The notes below the pieces were generated by a model, which saw nothing but the letters and a program-made list of their open reading frames with translations, had not been told where the DNA came from and did no database searches. Below, piece after piece: positions 52,054-62,478 of a stretch of 64,000 nucleotides of DNA. Origin of the DNA: Thermodesulfobacteriota bacterium (GTDB lineage Bacteria; Desulfobacterota; Desulfarculia; JACQYL01); assembly GCA_963675595.2 (NCBI GenBank), contig CAXXLZ010000002.1:1952001-2016000 (forward strand). Direction: 5' to 3'. The translations under genes were made by a program, and so were the position numbers. Numbering within the stretch: position 1 is the stretch's first letter; each line of letters starts with the position of its first letter.

Positions 52054-52932
52054 TTACTTTTCGGCCCAGAACTTTTTTACAACCGCCGGAAACATGCAGG
52101 CGGCTTCCGCAGCCCCCCCGAAAGACTCCCACAAGGGCCCATGCCCCTGCCCGGGGACCACCCAGAGCGCGGCATCGGGCAACGCCCGATACATTTCCAT
52201 GGGAACGGACAAGGGGAAATATTCGTCTCGATCTCCCCACACGAGAAGGGTCTTGACCTTCAGGGCGGACAAGGTCTCTATGGGGATGTCCTCCCGGTTT
52301 TCCGCCAAGGCGTTCAATTGTCGAAAAATCCGGTCCACCTGCGAACGCCCGCCCGGATGCAGTTTCCAATAGAATTCCTGCATCCTGGGGTCCATCAGCT
52401 CGAATTTGTATTCCTTCAACAGTTTCCGGGCCTGCGATCCCATGGCATTGGCACCCGCCACCAGCACCACGGCCTCCAGACGTTGGGGCCGCTCCACGGC
52501 CATATGCAGCAACGTCATGGCGCCCGCGCTGTGACCGATACCCCGAGCGTTCTTGACACCGATTTGGTCGAGGAGCCCGTGCATGAGGTGAGCGGTTTGC
52601 TTGAGGCTGAAGTCTCCCGGCAAGGCAGAGGAACCTCCGTGACCCGGCAGATCGGCCAGGATCACGGTGTATTCGGGGAGAAACTCCAACGCCAAAGGCT
52701 CCCATTCCTCTCCCGTGAGGGTAAAACCGTGCAGCATGAGCAGACAGGGTCCCGAACCGCCCATGCGGTAGTGGATATTCAATCCCTCCACCCCGACATT
52801 GCCGCCCTTAAGTCTCGGCGCCTCGGGCATCTCGGCGATTGCGGGGACTGCAAGAGTCAATGCCAGGAGGAGAACGAATAAGACCGCCACAGACCTTTTA
52901 CCGAACCAACCACGCGAACAACCACACATCAT
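52054..52932 (-). CDS. Exported alpha/beta hydrolase
   Basis: LHGF, DLPGHG, GHSAG nucleophile, WGDRD, GHG; hydrophobic signal. Confidence 0.88.
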   Translation of the reverse strand: MMCGCSRGWFGKRSVAVLFVLLLALTLAVPAIAEMPEAPRLKGGNVGVEGLNIHYRMGGSGPCLLMLHGFTLTGEEWEPLALEFLPEYTVILADLPGHGGSSALPGDFSLKQTAHLMHGLLDQIGVKNARGIGHSAGAMTLLHMAVERPQRLEAVVLVAGANAMGSQARKLLKEYKFELMDPRMQEFYWKLHPGGRSQVDRIFRQLNALAENREDIPIETLSALKVKTLLVWGDRDEYFPLSVPMEMYRALPDAALWVVPGQGHGPLWESFGGAAEAACMFPAVVKKFWAEK

Positions 52933-53503
52933 CTCGGACTCCCTTCTTTCGGCTTCCGGGCGTTGCCGCCCTTTCTGAATCGATTCGCGACTTCAATGAA
53001 CCCGTTTCACAGAGTCTATCCTTTCCAGCGGACTTTGTGGAGTGGTTATGCTCCCATTTCCCGCGATCCGGCGCATCGGATGCAACTTCGCACGAAAGAC
53101 GAGAAACCCGGCGAATCACACCAGGGGATATTCAAATAATACTTTCGAATCGTTTGTTTCTTTAGATTTGATTTTGTATAGATAATCAACAATGCGTTCA
53201 CATAAGTCATCATATCTTCTGCGCAACAGTGATAATTAATTGACGAATCCATAACCGATCCATACAATGCGCACTGTCGGTAATTGTTGCCTGTGCGCGT
53301 ATAAGAAGATCGACATCATTACTCCTTCACCAAATTTTGTAGACATCTTTCCTCAAAAGGCCACACTGCTATTCACTCTAACGGGATCGGATCAAGGCAG
53401 GTATATAATCAACCGATTTGTGCGAATGTTCGGCTTCTTCTTGGCGATGGCAATCGTCAAGTCTTACTCCTTATCAACAACCTTGGAATGAAAGGAGACA
53501 GGC

Positions 53504-54073
53504 GTGGACATCGTAATCAAAGATTCTTACAAGTCACTCTCTCGAGTAGAATTACTAAAGAAAGTCTATGACTTGGGAGTGGGCTACGAAAGAAATTCCT
53601 ACAGTTGTTCCCAATCCACCGTGGCAGCGTTGTATAATGTGTTGGATTTCCCTTCTTATCTGGTCAAAGCGGCCTGTTCCAACGCCGCCGGCACCGCGTG
53701 GCAGCTGGTGGGTACCTGCGGAGGACTCGTCGGTGGTATCATGGTATTGGACTACTACTTTGGACGGCCTTTTGAACACATGTCCCATGAAGAGATCGTC
53801 CAGGATCCCAATGTGAACGATCTCTTCTATTCCCAACCCATCGCCCGATCCCTTTTTGACAAGTACATCGGAGAATACGGCACCATCACCTGCGCCAACA
53901 TCCAGCACCAGTTGTACGGGCGCGTATTTTATCTGGAAGACATGCAGGAATTTCAGAAGCTGGAAGAGGCGGGAGGCCACTCCGACGCCAACAAGGCGCC
54001 CCGCATCGTGGGCAACGCCGCCATGTGGACCCTGGGGGTGATCCTGGATAAGGGTGGTGTCGAGATCGCCTAG
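53504..54073 (+). CDS. C-GCAxxG-C-C family protein (putative redox-active)
   Basis: CSQS, GTCGGLVGG, YGTITC; GTG start after AAAGGAG. Confidence 0.8.
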   Translation: MDIVIKDSYKSLSRVELLKKVYDLGVGYERNSYSCSQSTVAALYNVLDFPSYLVKAACSNAAGTAWQLVGTCGGLVGGIMVLDYYFGRPFEHMSHEEIVQDPNVNDLFYSQPIARSLFDKYIGEYGTITCANIQHQLYGRVFYLEDMQEFQKLEEAGGHSDANKAPRIVGNAAMWTLGVILDKGGVEIA

Positions 54074-54303
54074 CGGCGTGCTCTCCATTGTCTGAGACCT
54101 CTACGGGGGGGAAATCGATCTTTGAGCCCCCCCATACCATCATTTCACCGGCACACATCGGCAACCCGCTGATCATTTTCAAATTTTCGCGCAGCGCACC
54201 TTTGCCGGTAATAGTCACAAGTCTCGCCGACCCTCGGCATCTCATTTCCGACTTCCCAACAGCCTCCTCCGTGATGCTTCAATCATCTCCCTTGCGGCTT
54301 TGA

Positions 54304-56134
54304 CTCATCTTTGACAGTTGGAGGGTGAAAAAGTGGGCCTCTCCCGCCTAACTTACCGAAATGATTAGGCTGGCCTTTTTCCGAGGCTCCAAACGTAGTG
54401 CCAATATGTCCGATTTTTTCCTTGACTCCGCCGACCTGTATTCCGTACAATTTGTTTCATGTTTGCACGCGTCAAAAAGGTCAAAAGCGGCGGATCCGAG
54501 CATGAATATCTTCAGATCGTGGAGAACTATCGCCAGGATAAGAAGGTAAAACAGAAAGTTATATGTACACTGGGTCGTCTCGACAAGCTCCGTGAATCGG
54601 GTGCCTTGGACGGGGTTCTTACCAGTCTCGCCAAGTTCTCCACCCGGAATCAAGTCATCAATCTTTATAAGGAAGGTAGTGTCAAGGCAGACTGGGCCAA
54701 GTCCTGGGGAACCGTTCTGGTGATCGAGAAACTCTGGAAGACCTTGGGGCTCGATGTGGTACTCCGATCTCTCGCTTCTCGCTCCGATTATCGCTTCGAT
54801 CTGGAGCGCGCGGTCTTTGCCTGTGTCTGCCAACGCTTGGTCCGTCCGGGATCCGATCTCGCCGCGAGCCGTTGGATTCAGAACGTCCACGGTGAAGGCT
54901 TTGACGACCTGGAACTTCAGCACCTCTATCGATCCATGGATTTCCTGGCCGAATATCAGCCCGAAATCGAGAAGGAACTTTTCCGTCGGGGGCGCGACCT
55001 CTTCGATTACGGGGTGGATCTCGTTTTCTTCGACACCACCTCGGTCTACTTCGAGGGCCGGGGGCCTGCCGAGTTGGCTCGGTACGGGTTCTCCAAGGAC
55101 CATCGTCCAGACCGCAAACAGGTGTTGGTGGGTGTGGTCATGTCCCGAAAAGGATATCCCCTTTCCTGTCAGTTCTGGGAAGGGAACACGGCGGACGTCA
55201 CCACCATCAAACGCATCATCGCCCTGGTCAAGCGTCGGTTCTCCCTGAACAACGTGGTCCTGGTCTCGGACCGCGGCATGGTCGGCGTCGACAATCTGGT
55301 GGAACTGGAGCGTGCCGGTATCGACTACATCGTGGGCATCCCCATGCGCCGTTACCAGGATGTCCGAGGCCAAGTGGTGGACACTCCGGGCTACTACCAA
55401 GCGCTCACTCCCACCTTGTGGTTCAAGGAGATTCATCTGAACGGATGCCGTTACGTCCTCTGTTACAACCAAGACCAAGCGGCCAAAGACGAGGCCACCC
55501 GATCGGCCCTTGTGGAAAAACTGAAAACCACCCTGAAAAAACAGGGGCCCCAGTCTCTGGTGGGAAACAAGGGCTTCAGGAAATTCATCAAGCTCGACCG
55601 GGAAACCGTGCGCATCGATCCCGCCAAGGTCAAGGACGACGCCCGCTTCGACGGCAAGTATGTTCTCCTCACCAGTACCGACATTCCCGCCGATGAAGTC
55701 GCGGTCACCTACAAACGCCTGTGGCAGGTGGAAAGAGCCTTCCGGGACCTCAAATCGGCCCTGGAAGTCAGGCCCGTGTTCCACCAACGGTGTCAACGCG
55801 TTCAAGGTCACATCTTCTGCAATTTCCTGGCCCTATACCTGAAGATCGCGCTGCAGAAACAGCTCAAGACCAAAGAAATCGACATCCCCTGGGACCAAGT
55901 TCTCCTGGACCTCGAAGCCTTCAAAGCCATCCATCTACAGGTCACGGAGAAGTCCTACCTCCTCAGAACGGAATTCCAGGGCCGCGCCTACCACATCTTC
56001 CAAGCCGTCGGCCTCAAACCGCCGCCCACTTTGCAGACTCTCCAGGAGCACCAAAACGTAGTGCCATAAACCTTTCTTTTTCGTATAAGCAGCTGAAATT
56101 ACTGCATTAGTTTTTTTGAACTGTCAAAGATCAG
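54304..56134 (+). mobile_element. Complete IS1634-family insertion sequence
   Basis: IRL CTCATCTTTGACAGTT (54304-54319) and IRR AACTGTCAAAGATCAG (56119-56134) match 15/16; TTTGA direct repeat at 54299-54303 and 56135-56139. Confidence 0.92.
54459..56069 (+). CDS. IS1634-family DDE transposase
   Basis: YLQIVENYR, FFDTTSVYFEG, GFSKDHRPD, SDRGM, YKRLWQVERAFRDLKS..VRPVFH, GHIFCNFLA. Confidence 0.93.
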   Translation: MFARVKKVKSGGSEHEYLQIVENYRQDKKVKQKVICTLGRLDKLRESGALDGVLTSLAKFSTRNQVINLYKEGSVKADWAKSWGTVLVIEKLWKTLGLDVVLRSLASRSDYRFDLERAVFACVCQRLVRPGSDLAASRWIQNVHGEGFDDLELQHLYRSMDFLAEYQPEIEKELFRRGRDLFDYGVDLVFFDTTSVYFEGRGPAELARYGFSKDHRPDRKQVLVGVVMSRKGYPLSCQFWEGNTADVTTIKRIIALVKRRFSLNNVVLVSDRGMVGVDNLVELERAGIDYIVGIPMRRYQDVRGQVVDTPGYYQALTPTLWFKEIHLNGCRYVLCYNQDQAAKDEATRSALVEKLKTTLKKQGPQSLVGNKGFRKFIKLDRETVRIDPAKVKDDARFDGKYVLLTSTDIPADEVAVTYKRLWQVERAFRDLKSALEVRPVFHQRCQRVQGHIFCNFLALYLKIALQKQLKTKEIDIPWDQVLLDLEAFKAIHLQVTEKSYLLRTEFQGRAYHIFQAVGLKPPPTLQTLQEHQNVVP

Positions 56135-56357
56135 TTTGAATTGAATCGACAGGTATGCTATCGTGCGTCCCTGCTGTTGTGGGGACGGTTCCTCCTCCTT
56201 TACACGGGTTTCGGATCGTCCCAACGGCCTCATGGGGCGGGCGTTCCTCCGCGGTTGGCCTTGACCTGAAAAGCGGATTCGCAATGAATGTCCGAGTCCT
56301 TTGTGATGCCTTAGGCCCCTGAACCTCAATCTTCTTTGACCCGATATCCGGCCTTTC

Positions 56358-57785
56358 ATGAAAACCGACGTAGAAACCGTTCGCGGACAATTAAAAAAGC
56401 TGCTCGGGCCCTCGCGCTTCTTGTCGCAGCCCGAAGATTTGGCAGCCTACGGATACGACGCCAGCGGGCTCAAGTTTCTCCCTTGGGGAATCGCCTTTCC
56501 GGAGACCACCGAGGAAGTGGCCGCCATTATGTCCCTGGCGAACCGGGAAGAATTTTACGTGATCCCTCGGGGTTCGGGAACGGGCATGTCCGGCGGATCC
56601 TTGCCCATCAAGTCCGGTCTGGTCCTCGTGCTGACCCGGATGAACCGGGTGCTGCGCATCGACGAGGAAAACATGACCGCGGTAGTGCAGCCCGGTGTCA
56701 TCACCGGTCAGTTCCAGAAACAGGTGGAGCGGGTGGGGCTCTTCTATCCGCCCGACCCCGCGAGTCTGAACGTGTGCACTCTGGGCGGCAACGTGGCGGA
56801 AGGCGCCGGCGGACCGAGGGCGGTTAAGTACGGGGTCACCCGGGATTACGTGCTGGGTCTCGAGGCCGTGCTGCCCACGGGTGAAATCATCAAAACCGGC
56901 GTCCAAACCGCCAAAGGCGTGGTGGGATACGACCTCACCCGTCTCCTGGTGGGTTCCGAGGGCACGCTGGCCGTGGTCACGGGGATCACGTTGCGGCTGA
57001 TTCCCCTCCCCCCTCACCGCAAAACCTTGTCCGTGGCGTTTCCCACATTGGAAGACGCGGCCCGCGCCATCCGGGACGTTATGGGGTCGCGCATCGTGCC
57101 CTCGGTGCTCGAGTTTATTGACGACGCCTCCATCCGATGCGTGGAGGGCAAACTCGGACTCGACATCTACCGGGACGCCAAAGCCCTCATCTTCGCGGAA
57201 GTGGACGGCCACGCCCAAGACGTGGAATATCAGTGCGAAAAGATTTCCGAGATCGTCTCTCGACACGGCGCGTTGAAGTTCCTTACGGCCTCGAACAAAG
57301 CCGAAGAAGAAGACATGTGGCGGTTCCGCCGCTCCATTTCCCCGGCGTTGTTCGCCTACGCGCCTCACAAAATCAATGAAGACATCGTGGTTCCTCGGAG
57401 CCGCATTCCCGAGGCGGTCGCTTTCGTCCAAACGCTGCAGCAGGAAGAGGGGCTTTTCATCACCACCTTCGGCCACGCCGGAGACGGCAACATCCATGTG
57501 AATCTCATGCTGGACAAACGGGACCCGGAGCAGGCCCGCAGGGCGCGCATCATCCTGGATCGACTCTTCAGGGAAGTGGTGCGGTTGGGCGGCACCATCT
57601 CCGGAGAACACGGCGTGGGCATCACCAAGTCGCCCTTTGTGGACCTGGAGCTCGGCGAACTGGGCATCAACGTGATGAAGCGTATCAAACAGTCCTTCGA
57701 TCCCAAAGGGATACTGAACCCGGGCAAGATGTTTCCGGAATTGCCTAAGGAACAGGGCATCGACAGGATTTTCAGCGCCGTTTGA
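56358..57785 (+). CDS. FAD-linked oxidase, GlcD/D-lactate dehydrogenase family
   Basis: PRGSGTGMSGG, YPPDPAS, TLGGNVAE, KYGVTRDYV, FGHAGDGNIH, SGEHGVG, LNPGK. Confidence 0.92.
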   Translation: MKTDVETVRGQLKKLLGPSRFLSQPEDLAAYGYDASGLKFLPWGIAFPETTEEVAAIMSLANREEFYVIPRGSGTGMSGGSLPIKSGLVLVLTRMNRVLRIDEENMTAVVQPGVITGQFQKQVERVGLFYPPDPASLNVCTLGGNVAEGAGGPRAVKYGVTRDYVLGLEAVLPTGEIIKTGVQTAKGVVGYDLTRLLVGSEGTLAVVTGITLRLIPLPPHRKTLSVAFPTLEDAARAIRDVMGSRIVPSVLEFIDDASIRCVEGKLGLDIYRDAKALIFAEVDGHAQDVEYQCEKISEIVSRHGALKFLTASNKAEEEDMWRFRRSISPALFAYAPHKINEDIVVPRSRIPEAVAFVQTLQQEEGLFITTFGHAGDGNIHVNLMLDKRDPEQARRARIILDRLFREVVRLGGTISGEHGVGITKSPFVDLELGELGINVMKRIKQSFDPKGILNPGKMFPELPKEQGIDRIFSAV

Positions 57786-57923
57786 AGCAGCCGGTTCATT
57801 CCAACCAGAACCGTTCGAGCCGGTTTCCCGCGCACCAACCTCCCGAACGGATGGGAGGGCCGAAGCCGGCCGGCAAATCAGGTTTACTCGACAAACAGGC
57901 CCTACAAAGATTCTAAGGAACCC

Positions 57924-59927
57924 ATGACGCGTAAGCGAACTCAGGCAGACAAAAAGAAAAAAGCGAAAGCCGCTGTTTCGACCTCGAAAGGGCGCTCGGA
58001 TTCCGCGCCCCCTTCGGAGAGGGAACCCACGCCCGTCGAACCTCGGGAATCACACCGGCCCGACGGGGTACAAACCGGTCCCGGCTGGTCGCGCTATGTC
58101 TGGATCGTGCCGATGATTCAGGCATTCCTGCTCTACCTGGGGATCTACGACCACGGAATCGTCCATTGGGACGACGACTTGATGCTGGCTCGGGCGTGGC
58201 AGTCTCCTCTATCCGTCGATGAATTCTTTCGGACCCTGTTTCACGTGCGTGCGTCCTACCAGCCGCTGCGGGAGCTTTCCTACGCCTTCGACGCCAGAGT
58301 CTTCGATCATGACCTATGGGGTTTCCTGCTCCATAACGTGCTGCTTTATTGTCTGAACGTCTGGGTGGTCTTCTTCATTATCCAACGTCTCCTCACTTTC
58401 GATTCGAGCCGGTACGGGGGATCGACCCAAGACGCCGTATCCCCGGGAAACTCCGCGCCGGCCGTCCCGGCACCCCGGCTTTGCGCGTTCCTGGCCACGG
58501 CGTTGTTCGTCGCCCATCCCCTCCATGTGGAATCCGTGGCTTGGTTGGCGGCTCGAAAAGAAGTGCTCAGCGGCCTGTTCTTCTTCCTGGCCTTTTGGCT
58601 GTTTACCGAAACGCATCGAACATCGGGACGCCGCTTCTGGGTAATCTATGCCGGAAGCCTCATCGCCTATATTTTCGCCTTGCTGAGCAAGCCCAGCGCC
58701 GCCTCTCTCCCCCTGCTCATCCTGGCCTACGACGTCGTCCTGATGCGTCCTGACCGCCGAGCATGGAAACGTCGCGCTCTGCTTCACGCGCCTTACTGGA
58801 TTCCCGCCTTGGCCGCGGTACTCTATTTCACTCTGGAAGCCGGAACCACGGAAACGGTTCTGGCGGACCAACCCATCGGGGTGCGCCTCGCGGCCTTGAA
58901 CCTGATCGTCACCCATTATTTCAAGACATTGATTCTTCCCATCCACCTGACGGCCAGGTACGCGTTCGACTGGAAGATCCCGTTCATCTCCGTACCGGTC
59001 CTCACCGGCGTGGCTCTCCAGTTGTTTCTCATCGCCGCGTTCTTTTTCTTCCTCAAGAGGAATCGACTTCTTTCATTTCTGGTGGCCTGGTTCTACATCA
59101 ACCTGCTGCCCACATCCGGCATCATCCCCATTTCCGTGCAGGCCGCCGACCGGTACATGTATATTCCTTCCGTGGCCTTTTGCGTGTTCGTCGTGTGGCT
59201 TGTGTTTCGGTTGAGCGGAAGACTGCTCCGAAAGTCTTCGAAAGTCGCAACCGCCACCGCCGTCGGCACGATCGCGGCCGTGATTCTTGTCTTTTCCTTC
59301 CTCTCCGTGAAGCAGACGGAAATCTGGGAGAACGACCTTACGCTTTGGCGTCATACGGCTCAGTACAATCCCTCGGACCTGTCGTACTATGCCCTGGGGG
59401 AAGCGTACCGAAGAAGGGGAGACAACTCCGACGCAGAACACTTCTATCAACTCTCCGCCCAGGCCAACCCGTCTTTTGTCAGGGCGTGGAACGGTTTGGG
59501 AAACATGCTTCTTCTGAGAAAGGACGTGCGGGGAGCGGAAGCGGCCTACCTTAAAGCCCTGGAGGCGGACCCGAATTACGACCACGCCCACAGGCACCTG
59601 GCCATTGTCTACGTGTCCCTAAAGGACTACGATCGAGCCCTGTACCACGCCGAAAAGGCCTATGAACTCAGCGGCAAACCGGACCCGGTTCTCACGGACA
59701 TGCTCTGTCGCCTGTATATGAAGGCCAATGAATGGGAGAAGCTCGAACAAACGGCAAAATACCTCATGACGCATTCCGATGACAGGGCTACGGCGCTGAT
59801 TTATCTTTTCCGTGCCTACCAGGGCATGGGTGAACTCGCGCTCGCGCGCGAATCCCGTAGTGAGGCGTACCGAGCGAATCCGGAGAAAGCCCGGCAGGCC
59901 GAGCGAACCACCATTTTCCGAGAATAA
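57924..59927 (+). CDS. TMTC-like GT-C glycosyltransferase with C-terminal TPR repeats
   Basis: WDDD, YQPLRELSY, HPLHVESVAW..RKEVL, LLSKPSA, ADRYMY, W+NDLTLW, then TPRs. Confidence 0.8.
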   Translation: MTRKRTQADKKKKAKAAVSTSKGRSDSAPPSEREPTPVEPRESHRPDGVQTGPGWSRYVWIVPMIQAFLLYLGIYDHGIVHWDDDLMLARAWQSPLSVDEFFRTLFHVRASYQPLRELSYAFDARVFDHDLWGFLLHNVLLYCLNVWVVFFIIQRLLTFDSSRYGGSTQDAVSPGNSAPAVPAPRLCAFLATALFVAHPLHVESVAWLAARKEVLSGLFFFLAFWLFTETHRTSGRRFWVIYAGSLIAYIFALLSKPSAASLPLLILAYDVVLMRPDRRAWKRRALLHAPYWIPALAAVLYFTLEAGTTETVLADQPIGVRLAALNLIVTHYFKTLILPIHLTARYAFDWKIPFISVPVLTGVALQLFLIAAFFFFLKRNRLLSFLVAWFYINLLPTSGIIPISVQAADRYMYIPSVAFCVFVVWLVFRLSGRLLRKSSKVATATAVGTIAAVILVFSFLSVKQTEIWENDLTLWRHTAQYNPSDLSYYALGEAYRRRGDNSDAEHFYQLSAQANPSFVRAWNGLGNMLLLRKDVRGAEAAYLKALEADPNYDHAHRHLAIVYVSLKDYDRALYHAEKAYELSGKPDPVLTDMLCRLYMKANEWEKLEQTAKYLMTHSDDRATALIYLFRAYQGMGELALARESRSEAYRANPEKARQAERTTIFRE

Positions 59928-60013
59928 TCACCCACCCGGGGGAATCCGCTCACACGGTCCGCCGCGCGGTAAGGATCGTCCGACACCGGACCCCGGAACA
60001 AGCAGGAGAAGCC

Positions 60014-61420
60014 ATGACGGACAGCCCGTTCAAACAAACACGATTTCAATGCGTCTCGCCTCTGGATTATCGTTATTACGGCGGGGACGAACGCATTTTT
60101 CAGCAATTGTCCCCCTACCTGTCCGAGGAGGCCAACATACGGTACATTTACCGCGTCGAGTGGGCTCTGGCTCGAGCACTGGTGCGCAGAGGGCTGGCTC
60201 CTGAAAGCCTTCCGTCGGCCGTGGAAAAAGCCATGGGCGGCATCGACCCCGCCGAGGTGTATCAGGAAGATCAGAGGGTGCACCACTATCTCAAAGCCGC
60301 GGTGAACGTCCTCAAGGCACACGTTCCGGAATCGGCCCGGGAATACATCCACCTGGGCGCCACTTCCTTCGACGTGGTGGATTCGGCCAACGCGGCCCGG
60401 ATCCGGGAATGCTTCGAAAAGGTCTTCAGGCCGGCGACTCTCGACCTGGAACGCGCGTTGATTCAATTGGCCCGCAAGGAGCGGGACACGGTGCAGGTGG
60501 GTCGCACTCACGGACGTTACGCTTCTCCGGTGACTTTCGGATATTTCATCGCGGGATATGTGGACCGGTTCGGTTCCGGCATCCTGCACATGACCGAATC
60601 GGCCCGGGCCATTGTGGGCAAGTTTTCCGGAGCCGTGGGTTCCTACAATGCGCTGTCCTTGCTGGTCCCCGATCCCGTGGAGCTCGAACGGGAAGTGCTG
60701 GCGGATCTGGGAATGGAACCGGCCATGCACTCCACGCAGATCGTGCAGCCCGAATACATGGCCCGTTTCGCATGCGACGTGGTGATCTCCTTCGGCGTTA
60801 TGGCCAATCTCGCCGATGACCTGAGACACCTGCACCGATCGGAAATCGACGAAGTGGGCGAACCTTTCGGAGAAGCGCAAGTCGGTTCCTCCACCATGCC
60901 TCACAAGCGGAACCCCTGGAATCTCGAACACATCAAGAGCCAGTACAAGGCGTTCATGCCTCGCTTATCCACGGTGCTCCTCGATCAGATTTCCGAGCAC
61001 CAGCGTGACCTGACCAACAGCGCCTCGGGAAGATACCTGCCTGAAATCCTGGTGGGTTATTTCGACGCGCTCAAACGTCTCACCTGGATCATCGAGGGGC
61101 TTCACGTCAACTACGAAGCCATTGCGCGGAATTTCCAGAACGCGGCCCCGGAGATCAGTTCGGAACCCCTCTACATCTCCCTTTCCATGGCCGGCCTGGA
61201 CAATGCCCACGAATGGGTTCGAAAAGCGAGTCATGCGCGTACCGGCGGCCAGACCGTGTACGAGGTTCTGACCAAGGAAACGTCCGTACAGCCTTTCCTG
61301 GAAAAAGCGCCGGAACACGCGGTGGCGGCGGCCCGGGATCCACGCAACTATACGGGCCGTGCAAAGACCCGCGTGGACGCCATCTGCGACACATGGGAAC
61401 AACGGCTTTTCAAAGATTGA
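60014..61420 (+). CDS. purB: Adenylosuccinate lyase
   Basis: SPLDYRY, IHLGATS.D, GRTHG, GAVG, STQI, GSSTMPHKRNP, HQRDLTNSA. Confidence 0.9.
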   Translation: MTDSPFKQTRFQCVSPLDYRYYGGDERIFQQLSPYLSEEANIRYIYRVEWALARALVRRGLAPESLPSAVEKAMGGIDPAEVYQEDQRVHHYLKAAVNVLKAHVPESAREYIHLGATSFDVVDSANAARIRECFEKVFRPATLDLERALIQLARKERDTVQVGRTHGRYASPVTFGYFIAGYVDRFGSGILHMTESARAIVGKFSGAVGSYNALSLLVPDPVELEREVLADLGMEPAMHSTQIVQPEYMARFACDVVISFGVMANLADDLRHLHRSEIDEVGEPFGEAQVGSSTMPHKRNPWNLEHIKSQYKAFMPRLSTVLLDQISEHQRDLTNSASGRYLPEILVGYFDALKRLTWIIEGLHVNYEAIARNFQNAAPEISSEPLYISLSMAGLDNAHEWVRKASHARTGGQTVYEVLTKETSVQPFLEKAPEHAVAAARDPRNYTGRAKTRVDAICDTWEQRLFKD

Positions 61421-61851
61421 GTGAGGGGGCGACTCCGGACAGAGGGAGCCGTACCCGGCCTTCTTCCACAAGTCTTCACATGGGAAGGCTTTCCCGAAGG
61501 TCTTCCCACGCTCCCTGATTCCAGGTACTTCAAACGGCACTTTCCGCCTTTCCGCTTACGGCGGACGGCACTCGAACGGCGGAGGCGCGGCGGAGACAGA
61601 TATTGAGGCCGGGAAGATCCGTACCCGTCGGCGATCAGTCCCCCCTCCGCCGCGGCTCGCCATGAGGCGCCGGCGTCTCCGTTCCTATTCCCGCCATGCC
61701 TCTTCCCACGACCCGATTCATGATTATGGTAGAAATCAACCATGGCACGTGGAGGGGTTATTTGTGATTCGTCGAAGCGAGAGAAAGGCCTTGGACGGAA
61801 GGCCGGCCCGACGTTTTCCCCACCATCCGTCCGAACATAGTAATCCGTCCA

Positions 61852-62274
61852 TTGGAGGTTCTTTTGAAATCCCTATGTAAACTCGTTCCCCGAGAAGGCA
61901 GCGCCCTGGCCCTGGTTATACAATCCGCCGACGCCGGAAACGAATCCGAGATTCCGCTTACCTCCTCTCATGCTTCTTTCGACTCCCTGGCCGAAGAACT
62001 GGGTCAAATCAAAAAGGAACTCGATCGTCTGCTCTCCGAGGCCGAGCAGTGGTTCTCGTCCCGAGACGCCGCGAAAAACGCTTCACCGGAAGAAATATGG
62101 GCATCGTTGTCCTCCTGCACCGGCGAGGAGGAATTGATCGAAAGCTTCAACGCCCTACCGGAAACCCAACGCGCCGCAGTGGCCGATTATGTGCTCGCAA
62201 CCCAGAATGTGTTCAAAGGATTCGCGGCTCTCTTCACCATGCGATACGACGACTCGAACCAACTATTGGTATAA
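61852..62274 (+). CDS. Hypothetical protein
   Basis: 140-aa ORF with helical/coiled composition; start codon uncertain. Confidence 0.6.
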   Translation: MEVLLKSLCKLVPREGSALALVIQSADAGNESEIPLTSSHASFDSLAEELGQIKKELDRLLSEAEQWFSSRDAAKNASPEEIWASLSSCTGEEELIESFNALPETQRAAVADYVLATQNVFKGFAALFTMRYDDSNQLLV

Positions 62275-62478
62275 TCTCCTTTTAGGAAGGCCTCCATCTC
62301 CCCCGGCCTTGGCGGACTCTTCGCAAACGTGCGCCAAGGCGGGTGGATCCCCACAGACAACTTCCTTGGTTCCGCACTCCCGCGGTCCATGCCCATGTTT
62401 TGTCAGACAGGCTGAAATATGATACATTCCCGCCTTGAATCTCCGACCGTCGGCACCCCAACTGAAGGAGTTCAAAAC

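Noticed and set aside
56165-56340. Structured leader before the glcD-like gene (6S RNA or riboswitch)
   Set aside because: No consensus match and no long closing stem recognisable
61425-61850. Hairpin-rich region after purB with GGGAAG (cobalamin riboswitch-like)
   Set aside because: Other B12-element motifs are absent; probably ordinary hairpins
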